Of a DNA stretch of 64,000 nucleotides, positions 1-12,900 are shown piece by piece. The stretch is taken from the NCBI RefSeq assembly GCF_009914755.1, contig NC_060934.1; one strand, 5' to 3'. Origin of the DNA: the human T2T-CHM13v2.0 reference genome, Homo sapiens. Position numbers and translations under genes: made by a program. Positions within the stretch are counted from its first letter, which is position 1. The number at the start of each line of letters is the position of its first letter. The notes beneath the pieces are model-generated. The model did not search any database. It worked only from the letters and a program-made list of their open reading frames with translations, and had not been told where the DNA came from.

Positions 1-175
1 GTGGTTAAAAGGGGCACAAGATGAACTCATGGGGCTGCCAGTCATGATGGGTTTGGAACCAGGTGCTAGGTATACAGATGTGTTCAGTGTGTGAAAAATC
101 ATCAAGCAGACATTGACAATCTGTACCTTTTTTTCCATGAGTATATTACACTTTCAAAAAGAAGCATACATTTAA
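1..175 (+). mobile_element. Old L1 (L1ME/L1MC-like) 3' end
   Basis: GGGGCACAAG...TGTGAAAAATCATCAAGC...TATATTACACTTTCAAAAA resembles an ancient L1M 3' terminus. Confidence 0.5.
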
Positions 176-2967
176 AATATTCCAAGTTTCGGTTCTGCTA
201 AGATGGAGTAGCCCCATTCCTCCCAGGTTGTCCTTCTTACAGCTAAAGAACAACTGCCATGAACACAACAAACAAGCACAGGAAGACCTGGACAGGTGGG
301 AAGAGGAAGGGTCCTTAGCACCTGAGGAGCAGCCTGGCAGAGTTCCTCAGGTTTCCTTGTAGCCTCCCATGTATCCCAGCCAGGGTGCTGCAGAAGCCTC
401 CAATCCAGAACCCCCAACAGGCACAGATAAAAAGCTCCAAGAAAACCTATTACCCTGGGAAAAGGACCAGGACAGGAGTGACCAAACAACAGAAAACTTT
501 GTTGGCAATACCTGCCTTACTCCAGCTGAATGCGAGTGGAAACATCATGCCCACCCAAACCCTGGGTTTTAGCAGGACTGAGCCAGAAATTGAGCCTGCA
601 CCCTCCTTCTTATGTCCTCCTCCACTTCACTGAAGCAGACAGTGCTTTGATTAATCCTTCAGGGAGATGCCAAGTGGAGAGGTAACCTTCCATTTCCCCC
701 AGTGGAACTAGGCAGTGCTCCCGCTTCCTGCCAGGCTAGTGCTAGCTGGGCTGAGTAGGAAGCCAATCATCAATTATCTGGCCAGTGGAAGCAGTCAGTG
801 CTCTAGCTCTTGACCAGGATAGCATCAGTAGGTTCCAGTGGGGAGCCGACCCTCCACCCACAACAAGGGGGTATGAGGTGGTACAAGGGGAAATAGTCAA
901 CACCCCGCTTTTCTGCTATCCCGGCGTAGTACGTCCTGGAGAGGTGCTGAGCCTCCAGCCCCACTTAGCATCATGAGAGGGAATGACTTCGGGTGGGCAG
1001 GGCTAGATGGCACTTCAGCTGCTTCCTTTCCCTTCCCTGCTATCATGGTGTCAGCAGGACCCTACGGGTAGCTGAGCTTCCTCCCACAGCCTGCAGCAAT
1101 AAAAGAGTGTGAGTCAGCCCTATGCTTTGGCCCTCCTTGTGGCATCAAAGTCCCACAGGAAACTGAATGTAACACCCACACAGCCCTCTGTTACACCTTA
1201 AAGGGAGTTTTATTATTTCCTCCTTAATTCCTGAAGAATGATGAAAAAAATTAAATGAGATAAAGAGTTTTATAACATAATGTCCAAAATGTCCAGCATA
1301 CAGTAAAAAATTATTCATATACCAAGAACCAGGAAAACCATACCATGCATAAGAATAGACAGTCAACACTGAGATGAATCAGATGTTAGAATTATCTGCC
1401 AAGGACTTTAAAGCAGCCATCATAAAGATGCTTCAATGAGCAATTTTGAATTCCCTTAAAGCAAATAAAAAAAAATTGAAACTCTCGGCAGAGAAATAGA
1501 ACTTATAAAAGAAGAACTAAATGAAAATTATAGAAAGGAAAAATACAATAACACATAAAAATACCAGCTGGATGGATGCAACAGTAGAGCAGAAATGACA
1601 GAAGATAGAATTAGAGAACTTGAAGAAACATCAATAGAATTTACCCAACCCAACCTGGTCAACAGAGAGAAAGTAGACTGAACAAATTAACAGAGTCTCA
1701 GGATCTGGGCAACAATAACAGAAGAACTAACATGTGTATAATTGGAGCTCCAGAAAGAGGAGGCAGAGACTGGTCCCCAACAACACTGAAAAAGTAAAAA
1801 CTAAAAACTTCCTAAATTTGGCAAAAGATATAAACCTAGAGATTCAAGAAGCAGAGTGAATCCCAAATAGGATAAAGCCAAAGAAATTCATGACAGACAC
1901 ATCATAATTAAACTTGTGAAAACTAAAGATAAAAAAAAATCTTGAAGGTATCCAGAAGCAACACATTATCTCTAGGAAAACACCAATTTAAACAACAGAG
2001 AATGTCTCATCAGAAATCACGGAGGCAAGGAGGAAGTATTGCAACATTTTTCGAGTACTGTAAGAAAATAATTGTCAACTGCAAATTATATAGGCAAAGA
2101 AAATATTCTTCAGGAATTAAGGGGGAAATAATAAAATTCTCAAATGAGGGAAAAGTAAGAGAACTTTTGTCAGCACACTTACCTTAAGAATGGTTTAAGA
2201 AATTGCTCTAAATAGGAAGTGATAACAGAACAAGTATTGGAACTTCAGAAAAGAAAAACAAACAATGTAATGAGTAAAGATAACAGAGGATCCTCCTTCT
2301 CATGAGTTTCTTAAATAATATTTGATGGTAGAAGCAAAAATTATACCACCATCTAATGTGGTGCTCCATGTATGTAGAGAAAATGCTTACAAAAATAGTA
2401 GGAATGGTAAATAGACCCAAATGTAAGTAAGATTTCTAAACTTAACTCGTGTAGTAAAATGTCAATATTAGTAGACAGTGATAAACCATGCATGTATATT
2501 GAAATACCTAGAGCAACCATTAAAACAATTATACAAAGCCATATGCTAAAAATCACTAAAACAAATCAAGATGGAATTCTAAAAAATATTTAACTAACCC
2601 ACAAGAAGGTGAGAAAGTAAAAGCGAGAAACGAGAAGCATAGGAAATGGACAGAAAACAAATTAATAAAATAGCAGACTTAAGTTCTAATGTATCTACGG
2701 TTACCCTAAATGTAAATGGTCTAAATAGACCAGATAAAAGAAAGAGATTGAAATTGGCAGAGTAGATTTAGAAAATGAGCAAAGAGTTCTTGCCTACAAG
2801 AAATTTGTTGCAAATACAAAAACATAGGTACGATGCAAGTAAAAGGGTTGAAAATTTATACCATAAAAAATTCACTGAAAGGCAGGACTGGCTCTACTAA
2901 TATCAGAAAATTAACTTGAAAGCAAGGAAATGTATTACAGACAGAGGGACAATTAAATAATGACAAA

Positions 2968-3339
2968 ATGACCAATCTATCAGGAAGACATAACAGTTGT
3001 AAAAGTGTATGCACCAAACAAGAGAGCTTCAAAATACAGAGACAAAAACCGATAGAGCTTAAACGAGAAATAGATAAATCCACAATTATAGTTGGGGACT
3101 TCAACATCCCAATCTCAGCAATTGATAGAACTACTACACAGAAAATCAGCAATGATATAAAAACACTCAGCACAAGCAACAGGATTTTATTGACATATAT
3201 AAAATACTCTACCCAACAACAGAAAAATAAACATTTATTTCAAATGCCCATGGCATATTCACTGATAGACCATATCCTAGGACATAAAACAAACCTCAAC
3301 AAATTTAAAATAATTAGAATTATACAATATGATCTCTGA
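2968..3339 (+). pseudogene. L1 ORF2 endonuclease-domain remnant
   Basis: Translation contains TIIVGDFNIPISAIDR and IDHILGHKTNLNKFK, hallmark L1 APE-endonuclease motifs; frame closes early. Confidence 0.88.
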
Positions 3340-3991
3340 TTATAATGGACTCTAATGAGAAATCAGTAAGAGAAGGATAATTTTTAAAGTCTTTAAACAG
3401 TTGGAAGTTAAACCACATACTTCTAAATAACCCATGAGTCAAAGAGGAAGTCTCAAAAGAAGTTTAAAAAATACATGGAATGGAATGAAAATGAAAACAA
3501 AGAATATCAAAGCCTATGGGATGCAGCTAAAGCAGGGCTGAGAGGGAAATTTTATATGACAAAATGCTTAAATTATACAAAAGAAAGGATCTCAAGTAAA
3601 TAATCTAAGTTCCTACTTCAAGAAATGAGAATAAGGTAGAAATATAAACTAACTGAAAGCAAGCAGAAGAAAGGAAATAATAACAATCAGAACAGAAATT
3701 AATGAAATTGAAAATATAAAAACAATAGAAAGAAATCAATAAAAAAATAATAAAATTGATAAACCTTTAGCCATACTGATAAAGAAGCCATAAATCGCCA
3801 ATATAGAAAAAAACGGGCTATCACCACAAATACTGCAGACATTAAAATGATAAGGACATATAAATTCACACTGATAAATTTGTCCACTTAGAATGAATGA
3901 ACTGATTCCTCTGAAACTACAAATTGACACACTGAACCAAGAAGAAAGAAATAATACAAATAGTCCTACAACCATTTGAAAAATTAAATAT

Positions 3992-4346
3992 GGCTGGTGT
4001 GGTGGCTCACACCTGTAATCCCAGCACTTTGGGAGGCCGAGGCAGGCAGATCACTTGAGGTCAGGAGTTTGAGAGTTTGAGACCAGCCTGGCCAACATAA
4101 TGAAACCCTGTCTCTACTAAAAATACAAAAATTAGCCAACCCTGGTGGCGGGGGCCTGTAATGCAAACTACTCAGGAGGCTGAGGCAGGAGAAGCACTTG
4201 AGTCCAGGAGGCGGAGATTGCAGTGAGCTGAGATTGTGCCACTGCACTCCAGCCTGGGCAACAGAGCGAGACTCTATCTCAAAATAAAATAAAATAAAAT
4301 AAAATAAAATAAAATAAAATAAAATAAAATAAAAAACAATAAAATA
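3992..4346 (+). mobile_element. AluS (Sz/Sx-like) with (AAAAT)n tail
   Basis: Full dimeric Alu; TSD AAAAATTAAATAT at 3979-3991 and 4347-4359. Confidence 0.95.
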
Positions 4347-4566
4347 AAAAATTAAATATATAACCTAAAATCTCCTAAAATATATATCCAGGTCCAGATG
4401 CCTTCACTGGTGAATTCTACCAAATAGTTAAATAGAAGAGGAGAGAACACTTTCCATTGTGTCAGACTAATATATTACCCAGACAAAGAGAGCACATTAA
4501 AAAGTACAGACCACTATCTCTCATGAACTTAGACCCCAAAATTTGTGACAAAATGTAAACAAATCA

Positions 4567-4864
4567 GGCTGGTGCAGTGACTCATGCCTGTAATCCCAGC
4601 ACTTTGGGAAGCAGAGGCTGGCAGATCACTTGAGACCAGGAGTTCAAGACCAGACTGGCCAACATGATGAAACCCTGTCTCTACTAAAAATACAAAAATT
4701 AACCAGGCATGGTGGTGCGTGCCTGTAATCCCAGCTTCTTGGGAGGCTGTGGCACAAGAATTGCTTGAACCCAGGAGGCTGAGGTTATAGTGAGCCAAGA
4801 TCATGCCACTTGCACTTCAGCGTGGGCAACAGAACGAGACTCCATCTCAAAAAAAAAAAAAAAA
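4567..4864 (+). mobile_element. AluS (old, Sz-like)
   Basis: Full dimeric Alu with poly(A) tail; degenerate TSD. Confidence 0.93.
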
Positions 4865-6599
4865 GTTAGCAAATGAAATCTTAAAAAGTATATATAGAAG
4901 TGAATACCATAACCAAGTGGGGTTTATTTTAGGTGTGTAAGGCTGGTTCAATACTTATAGATCACTCAGTGTAAGCCATCATAAAAACAAGCTGAATAAT
5001 AAAATCAGATGATCATATCAATTTACACGAAGTAGTTTATAAAAATCTAACATTCATTCATGACAAATTAAAAACTCGGGGGTGGAGAAGTAAAGCAGAA
5101 AGAAAGGACAATTTTCTCAACTTGATAAAGAGCATCTACAAAAAACCTATAGCTAAAATCATACTTAACAGTGAAGGCTTAAATGATTTCCCTCTAATAT
5201 TAAGAGAAAGGGAGAAGTAATTAATATATGCTCTCACCACTCTTATTCAACATATTACTGGAAGTCCTACTCATTGCAATAAAGCAGGAAAAAGAAATAA
5301 AAGACAGAAAGAAAACTCTCCCTAAGTGCAGATATATGATAATTTACATAGAAAATCCTGAGAAATGTAAAAAAGGAAAAACAAAACAGAAATAAAAGAC
5401 AAAACACCAAAACCTACTAGAGATAACAAGTGAGTTCAAAAGATCCCAGGCTACAAAATGAACAAACAAAATCAGTCACTTTTTTGCCTACTAGCAATGG
5501 ACATCTGAAAACCAAAATTTAAAACACAATACTATTTATAATTACTTCCAAAAAATGAAATACTTAGGTGTAAACTTAATAAAACATGTACAGGATGTGT
5601 ATGCTCAAAATTACAATGTGCTACTAAAAGTAGTTAAGTTAAAGAAGGCTTAATTAAATGAAGAGACATATTGTTTTCTCTCTACTTAATTGATGAACAT
5701 TTATTGAAAGACATGAACATACATTTCATTGAAAAGTATGTGTAAATTGCAAATAAGCCCATGGAAAGAGTTTCAATGTCATTAGCCATTAGGGAAATGC
5801 ATGTTAAAACCAAAATGAGCTATCACTACACACCTATCAGAAGGCTAAAATAAAAATAGTGAAACACCAAATACTGACGAGGCTGCAGAGAAACTAGATC
5901 ACTCCTACATTGCTGGTGGGAGTGAAAAATGGAAAACAGCTTGACAATTTCTCAAAAAATTAAATGTCCAACTATCATAATACCTAGAAATTGCTCTCTT
6001 GGGCATTTATTCCAGAGAAATGAAAACATTTTTACACAAAAACCTGTACATAAATGTTCTTAGCAGCTTTATTCATAATAGCCAAAAACTAGACACAACT
6101 CATATATTCCTTAATGGGTTAAATGAAGTTTGATACACACTTGGTAATATAATAAAGCCATGGATTATTGATACATGCAACAACATGGATGAATCTCCAG
6201 GGAACTGCACTGAGTGAGAAAAGACAATCCCAAATGGTTACATACTGCATGATTCCATTTATGTAACACTATTAAGATAACGGAATTATAGAAATGGGGA
6301 ACAAATTAGTGGTTTCAGGGGTTAATGTGGGAATAGGGGCAAAGGAGAGTAGGTTTTTCTGTAAAATGGCAGCATGAAGGATCTCTATAGTGATGAAAAT
6401 GCTCTATGTCATTTTGATTGTATCTTGATTGTAGCACTGTTAATATCCTGATTGTGATATTATACTAGATTTTGCAAGATGTTACTATGGTGGGAAACTG
6501 GGTAAAGCATATAAGGAATCTTTCTGTATTATATTTTTACAACTGCAGGCAAGCCCACTATTATCTCAAAAAGTTTAATTTAAAAATAAGTAATAATAC

Positions 6600-7330
6600 A
6601 GGAACAAAATGATTAATGTTACAAAGTTAAAATATTTCCTATGAAGCTTCTGGATTTGGTACTCTGGAGAGTGGAGTAATAGCTCTTTGACATTTTCCCA
6701 ATTTATTCTCTGATAATTAGTCTCATTATATTTTCTAACTCTATAAATTATACTTACACAGCAAAGTATTCATTTCACACAGGTTTTCAGGTTTATTTTC
6801 AGTGTTGACTTCATCTTTTATGGTTTGTTTTTCTTTGTGATTGTGTCTGCATTTTCATTTCTACTTTTGTGTATCTGTGATTTCACCAATTTTTTTTCTT
6901 TATTACTCTGCCTAGTTTTATTTTTTTCAAAAAAACCACAAAGATTTAGGGTTTTTCAATTTTTTGTTTTTTTAAGAAAATAAGATTTTGGGTTTTTTTC
7001 CCCCAAAGGATCTGCTTTTGAATGTACTAATTCCTCTGTCTCTTATTTTATAATTAATTTACTTCTGCTTTTATCCTTACTAATTCTTTCCTTCTGCTTT
7101 TCTCATGTTTAATATATTGTTCTTTGTGTAATTTTCAATTGAATTATTTTCATTTGTTCCTACTTAATGAGATAAACCAAGGCTGTGAAGTTTCTTCTGT
7201 GCGCTGCCTTAGCTGTACCCATGAGTTATCTCAGGCAGTGTTCTTGTTGCTGTTTCCTGGATATTCACTGTTAATTTTTTTGTTTGGACCATAGGTGCTC
7301 AGATGTGGGGTAGCCATACCACATGATTGA
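6600..7330 (-). mobile_element. Ancient L1M ORF2 fragment
   Basis: T-rich antisense L1 text, e.g. GCTGCCTTAGCTGTACCC, matching antisense of L1 GGGATGCAGCTAAAGCAG. Confidence 0.5.
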
Positions 7331-7552
7331 TCCATACATGGAGCTTTTCTATTCTGTATGTATTTGTTGGTTGCTTGCTTTTAATACTAAACAAAAAGCT
7401 GTGAACCTACCACACAATGAGTCACTAGCACTCCAGTAGAAACTTGAGTCTATCTTTGGGATTCTGTCTTACTCCAGCCCCCTGTTGCTTTTCACCTCAT
7501 TTGAGCTCATTAGAAATCTTGTGCTGATGCTTTACTTCCCAAACCCTGTTTT

Positions 7553-8526
<974 letters not shown>

Positions 8527-8929
8527 TCCCACCTCTGTTTTGAATGTAGTTTTGTTGCATCTGTCATTATTCTTCTAAAACTTATTTTTTTAGCACTTGC
8601 TTTTAATAATTTTAATAAAATTTATTTTATTTTGTTTCTATCAGTATATCATCTAGTACTTACTTTCTCCACTAAATGTGACATTTTGTAGATGTGGCCA
8701 TATTGTTACATGTGGCCACGGTTTATTCATTTTGACTGTTATATAATATTTCATTGTATAAATATGCCACAACTTATTTAGCCTTTATTTTGTTTATGGA
8801 TATCTTGATTGTTTTTATGTTTTGCTATTATAAAGAATGCTTCCATGAATATACTCACCAATTCTCCCTCAGTACATTTGCAAGAATTTCTCTTGGAATT
8901 ACATTGAAGCATAAACTTGCTATGAGAAT

Positions 8930-9313
8930 TGTATTAGTCCATTCTCATGCTGCTATCAAAGACATAACCAAGACTGTGTAATTTATAAAGGAAAGATGTT
9001 TAACTGACTCACAGTTCAGCATGGCTGGGGAGGCCTCAGGAAACTTACAATCATGGCAGAAGGGGAAATAAACACATCTTTCTTCACATGGCAGCAGCAA
9101 GGAGAAGTGCAAAACAAAAGCGAGGAAAGTGCCTTGTAAAACCATCGGATTTCTTGAGAACTCACTCTCTGTCATGAGAACAGCAGCATAAGAGTAACTG
9201 CACTCATGATTCAATTACCTCCCACTGGGTCCCACCCATGACTCGTGGGAATTATGGGACCCACAGCTCAAGATGAGAACCATATCCGAACCATATCCCA
9301 GCCGAATCATATC
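8930..9313 (-). mobile_element. THE1 (MaLR) solo LTR
   Basis: TGTATTAGTCCATTCTCATGCTGCT...GAGGCCTCAGGAAACTTACAATCATGGCAGAAGG...CATATC matches THE1 antisense. Confidence 0.9.
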
Positions 9314-9540
9314 CCAGCAGTTTGGGAGGCTGAGGTGGGCGGATCACGAGGTCAGGAGTTCAAGACCAGCATGGCCAACATGGCAAAACCCTGTCTCTAT
9401 TAAAAATACAAAAATTAGCCAGGCGTGGTGCTGGGTGCCTGTAATCCTAGCTACTCAGAAGGCTGAGGCAGAAGAATTGCTTGAACCTGGGAGGCAGAGG
9501 TTGCAGTGAGCCAAGATTGCACCACTGCACTCCAGCCTGG
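9311..9540 (+). mobile_element. AluS (Sg-like) truncated at both ends, no poly(A)
   Basis: Starts at ATCCCAGC (~Alu nt 29) and ends at TCCAGCCTGG; diagnostic GGATCACGAGGTC. Confidence 0.92.
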
Positions 9541-9799
9541 AATGTTCAATTTTGTAAGATAATGCCAAGTGGTTATCATGGCCCTACAAATTTGTATTTC
9601 CACTAGTAACATATAAAAGGTTTTGTTGATCCATAGTATCTCCATTCTTTTACATAGACTGTCTCTGATTTTTGCTCCTACAATGAGTATACGTCAGTAT
9701 CAAAACTTGGGGCTTGGTTTGCATTTCCCTAATGACACAATGGGGCTGAACATCTCGTCATAGATGGGTTTCATTCAACATTGGTTGTTTCCTCTGGGG

Positions 9800-10020
9800 G
9801 GGTGTTAATTTCCCTGCACTTCTAAGCTGCACACATGTGTGGACCCTGAGAGCTCCCACTTGTACCAGTGAAGCCCAGGAGCGGAGGGAAAAAATGCACA
9901 TGATTGTTGCATGCAGGTGCCGTTGCCTTGAAGTCAGTCCAAGCCCTAGGGAACTATCTATACCAGCATGGTAGAAATCAGAGGTAAGGCTGAGAAGACT
10001 TAATTGAGAAATAAGAGGCA
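9800..10020. mobile_element. Possible ERVL LTR fragment (LTR33/LTR16-like)
   Basis: GTTAATTTCCCTGCACTTC...GAAGCCCAGGAG loosely resembles LTR33. Confidence 0.3.
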
Positions 10021-10077
10021 TATTCTACAAGCCTATATTTGTTGTTTCCCTCTTTGATCCAAAAATAATAATATTTT

Positions 10078-10287
10078 GGAATTGAACAATAAGAACACAT
10101 GGACACAGGAGGGGGAACATCACACACCGGGGGAAGCGGGAGGGATAGCATTGGGAGATATACCTAATGCTAAATGACGAGTTAATGGGTGCAGCACACC
10201 AACATGACATATGTATAGATATGTAACAAACCTGCACGTTGTGCACATGTACCCTAAAACTTAAAGTATAATAATAATAAAAAAAAT
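10078..10287 (+). mobile_element. 5'-truncated young primate L1 3' end (L1PA3-like)
   Basis: GGAATTGAACAA...GGAGATATACCTAATGCTAAATGACGAGTTAATGGGTGCAGCACACC...CCCTAAAACTTAAAGTATAATAA. Confidence 0.93.
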
Positions 10288-10449
10288 TAGCATTATGTGT
10301 TAAAATTGAAAGGGAATAAGATAAAATTTACATACACATACACATAAAAACTTGATATTTTATGTTAGTGGCTAGTGTATATTATGTATATATATAAAAT
10401 GTCAATGAATAAAGTTAATTCAAGTTTAGTAAAAAAAAATATTAGTTTA

Positions 10450-11760
10450 TCCTATTATATTTAATGATAAAACCAACATAGATTTTGTTTCAGTTCTATC
10501 ACACTTTACATTATACATTTTGATTTTAATGCTTCCTTTAAAAATCCTTTATTCATGGTCCATATTTTCATAGTTTGCTTTATGTATTGGTTTTCCCTCT
10601 AATAAGAAGGTTTATGGGGTATTTTTAGTTCTTTAGTGGTTGCCTTGTAACTATATACAATATTCTTTTATGTCTTATTTATTGAGTTATGACTAAGAGA
10701 CCCTCACCAAGAACAAAGGGAAGTCAGTTTACTTCCTCTACCTCACTTTCTCCAATGTCTTATTTGGGTATATTATATTTTATTCTTTTATATTTTAAAT
10801 ACTATTCTTCTCCATTGATTGCTTGATTTCTCAGCTTCTTATATGTTGATTCCCTCCTTCACATGTGAGTATTTGTTGATACTTATCTTTCTTGGAACTC
10901 AAGCTACAGTGTTGATATAAGAGCTAATATATTTCTTCAATTCTGGAGGATCATCAGCTGATAACTCTTCAAATATTCCTTCTCTCCACCTTCTCTGTTT
11001 CTCCCTCTAGAACTTCTGTTAGACATAGTTGGAAACCCTTGTTCTGGGTTCCACTTGCCTCTAATGCTTGGTTGTTTTTTACTCCAAGTTCATATTCAGA
11101 AGGTACCGTTTCCCACCTGGGAGGTACAGGTTTCACATTCACCTCTGCCATAGCTGGAAGGGTTTCCCTCAATCCAGGCGGGTTTTATTGTAATTCTTTT
11201 CCTTGGGGCCTCATACCTGGGTCCCTGTGAGTAGCACAGCTTTAGAGACCTCTGATGTTTTGATTATTTTTATGGCTTTGCTCTTATGAAGAGTGCTTCC
11301 ATGAATGTACTCACCAATTCTCCCTGTGTACATTTGTGGTGCAGATTTAGAGTCCAGATTTCTCTCTGATGTCTCCTCTCTCACTCATGGCCTGGGGAGG
11401 TAGGCCCACTTTTGTGAGTGGTGGGTGGTGGTTTTCTGCTTTCATTTTACTGAAGGGACAGCTTTTCCAGGCTCCTGCCTCTAAGCAGAAAGATGACTCA
11501 TATCCTCTTTTGTGCTCAGGGCCTGTTGTATAGGCCCCCGGTCCCTCATGGATACTAAAACAGGAGCATTTTGTCCAGCTCTTATACCTCTGTGGGCCTT
11601 TGGCGTTAGCTCCTGCTCACTGCTCTGGCTTTAAGAGTTTTGTTTGTTTGTTTGTTTCTGGCATGGGAGAATGCTTCCTTTCTGCTTTTGAGTTCACCAA
11701 TGTGGTCATAAATCTGCTTGGGTTATATGTTAGCCGGCAATTCACCGTGTTTGTAGTGGG
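10450..11760 (-). mobile_element. Ancient L1M 5'/ORF1 region fragments
   Basis: Antisense ORF1-like text (TTCTTCAATTCTGGAG...TCTTCAAATATT...TCTAGAACTTCTGTTAGAC). Confidence 0.45.
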
Positions 11761-12439
11761 CATGATGGTATTGGTGGAGGTGGGGAGGGTGCTTCCCCAG
11801 CAGCTTGGTGCTGCAGGGACAGCAGAATGGATGGTGATGCTGGCTGGAGAGGCTGCCCTTGGGCCTGAGCAGCTGGTAAGACTGCTGAATTGCAGGAGTC
11901 CTGGAGGAGCCTGCGAAGAGAGGCCTGGGATAATAGCAAGGAACAGAGGGGAGCAGCATGGTAGCACTGGGGGACTTCAGAGGCATGTGGCCCCGAGAAC
12001 TTCTGTGGGGCATGACTAATACTCAAACCTGAGTGACCCAGCAGACTGGGCTGTCCTTGCCATGGCATTCAGGAACAGCCCTGGTACGTTCAGCTGCCTT
12101 CTTTGAGTAGTATTTTGGGGAAATAAATGAAAGGGGTCTATCTTCCACATTAGAGACCATCCAAAATGCAAAGACAAAAGTAGGGATATTGACAATTTTT
12201 CAGAAACAAGAAATTGAAACAGGAGGTGACCTTGAATGCCAACTCTCAAGAATTTTCAGAAATCTTGGAGAGGACACTGAACCTCCTATAGGGTGGAAAG
12301 TAGGTTTGAGCTAAGTTTACTACTCAAGGGGTAGGGGACCCAGATGACCTCTAGGTTACAAATAACCATCACATTCCTTTCCTTGTTTAGTATACATGGC
12401 AGTGCTGTGAACAAATTAAATTATCCCCATCTTCTGCAG

Positions 12440-12661
12440 CAGTGATTCTCAACCGGGGATGATTTTGTTCCTTATGGGCTATTTGGCAATATATGGAGGC
12501 ATTTTTGATTGTCACAACTAGGGAGAGGGGAGAATGTTACTGGCACCTGGTGGGTAGAGGCCAGGGATGTTGCTAAACATCTTACAAGTCACAGAACAGC
12601 CTCTCACAGCAAGGAATTATCTGGCCCTAAGTGTTAATAGTGCCCACATTGAGAAACCTTT
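12440..12661 (+). mobile_element. MER20 (hAT-Charlie MITE)
   Basis: CAGTGATTCTCAACCGGGG...TTTGGCAAT...GGGTAGAGGCCAGGGATG...TTGAGAAACC; full length. Confidence 0.9.
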
Positions 12662-12739
12662 ATCTAGGCTCAGGTAACTATGGCTCAGTCTTCAAATAAC
12701 CTGTGTTAAGTCCCAAAGCTAGAACATTTGCAAGAATAA

Positions 12740-12900
12740 TTATAGCTTACTTTAGTTAACTGCTCTTTCTGTGCAGGGAATTGTTGTAAGTACGTTCTGT
12801 GTACTGCTACTATCACCCTGTTGTATAGATGTGGAAACCAAGAAGCAGAAAGGGTCAGTGTCACCAGGTACCACACAGGTGCATGGGTCAAACTGGGACA
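12740..12900 (-). mobile_element. MIR
   Basis: Antisense core TAGATGTGGAAACCAAG...ACCACACAG. Confidence 0.6.

Larger units (their letters stand above)
185..6590 (+). mobile_element. Near full-length ancient L1M (L1MD/L1MC-like): 5'UTR, decayed ORF1, decayed ORF2 with internal deletions, 3'UTR
   Basis: AAGATGG-type 5' start; A-rich ORF1 relic (~1300-2300); ORF2 endonuclease and RT-like text; 3'UTR ending GGGAAACTGGGTAAAG...ATTATCTCAAAAAGTTTAATTTAAAAA; interrupted by two Alus. Confidence 0.85.

Noticed and set aside
11600-12068. Four overlapping 96-139 aa ORFs
   Set aside because: No domain similarity recognised; the region overlaps decayed repeat-like sequence.
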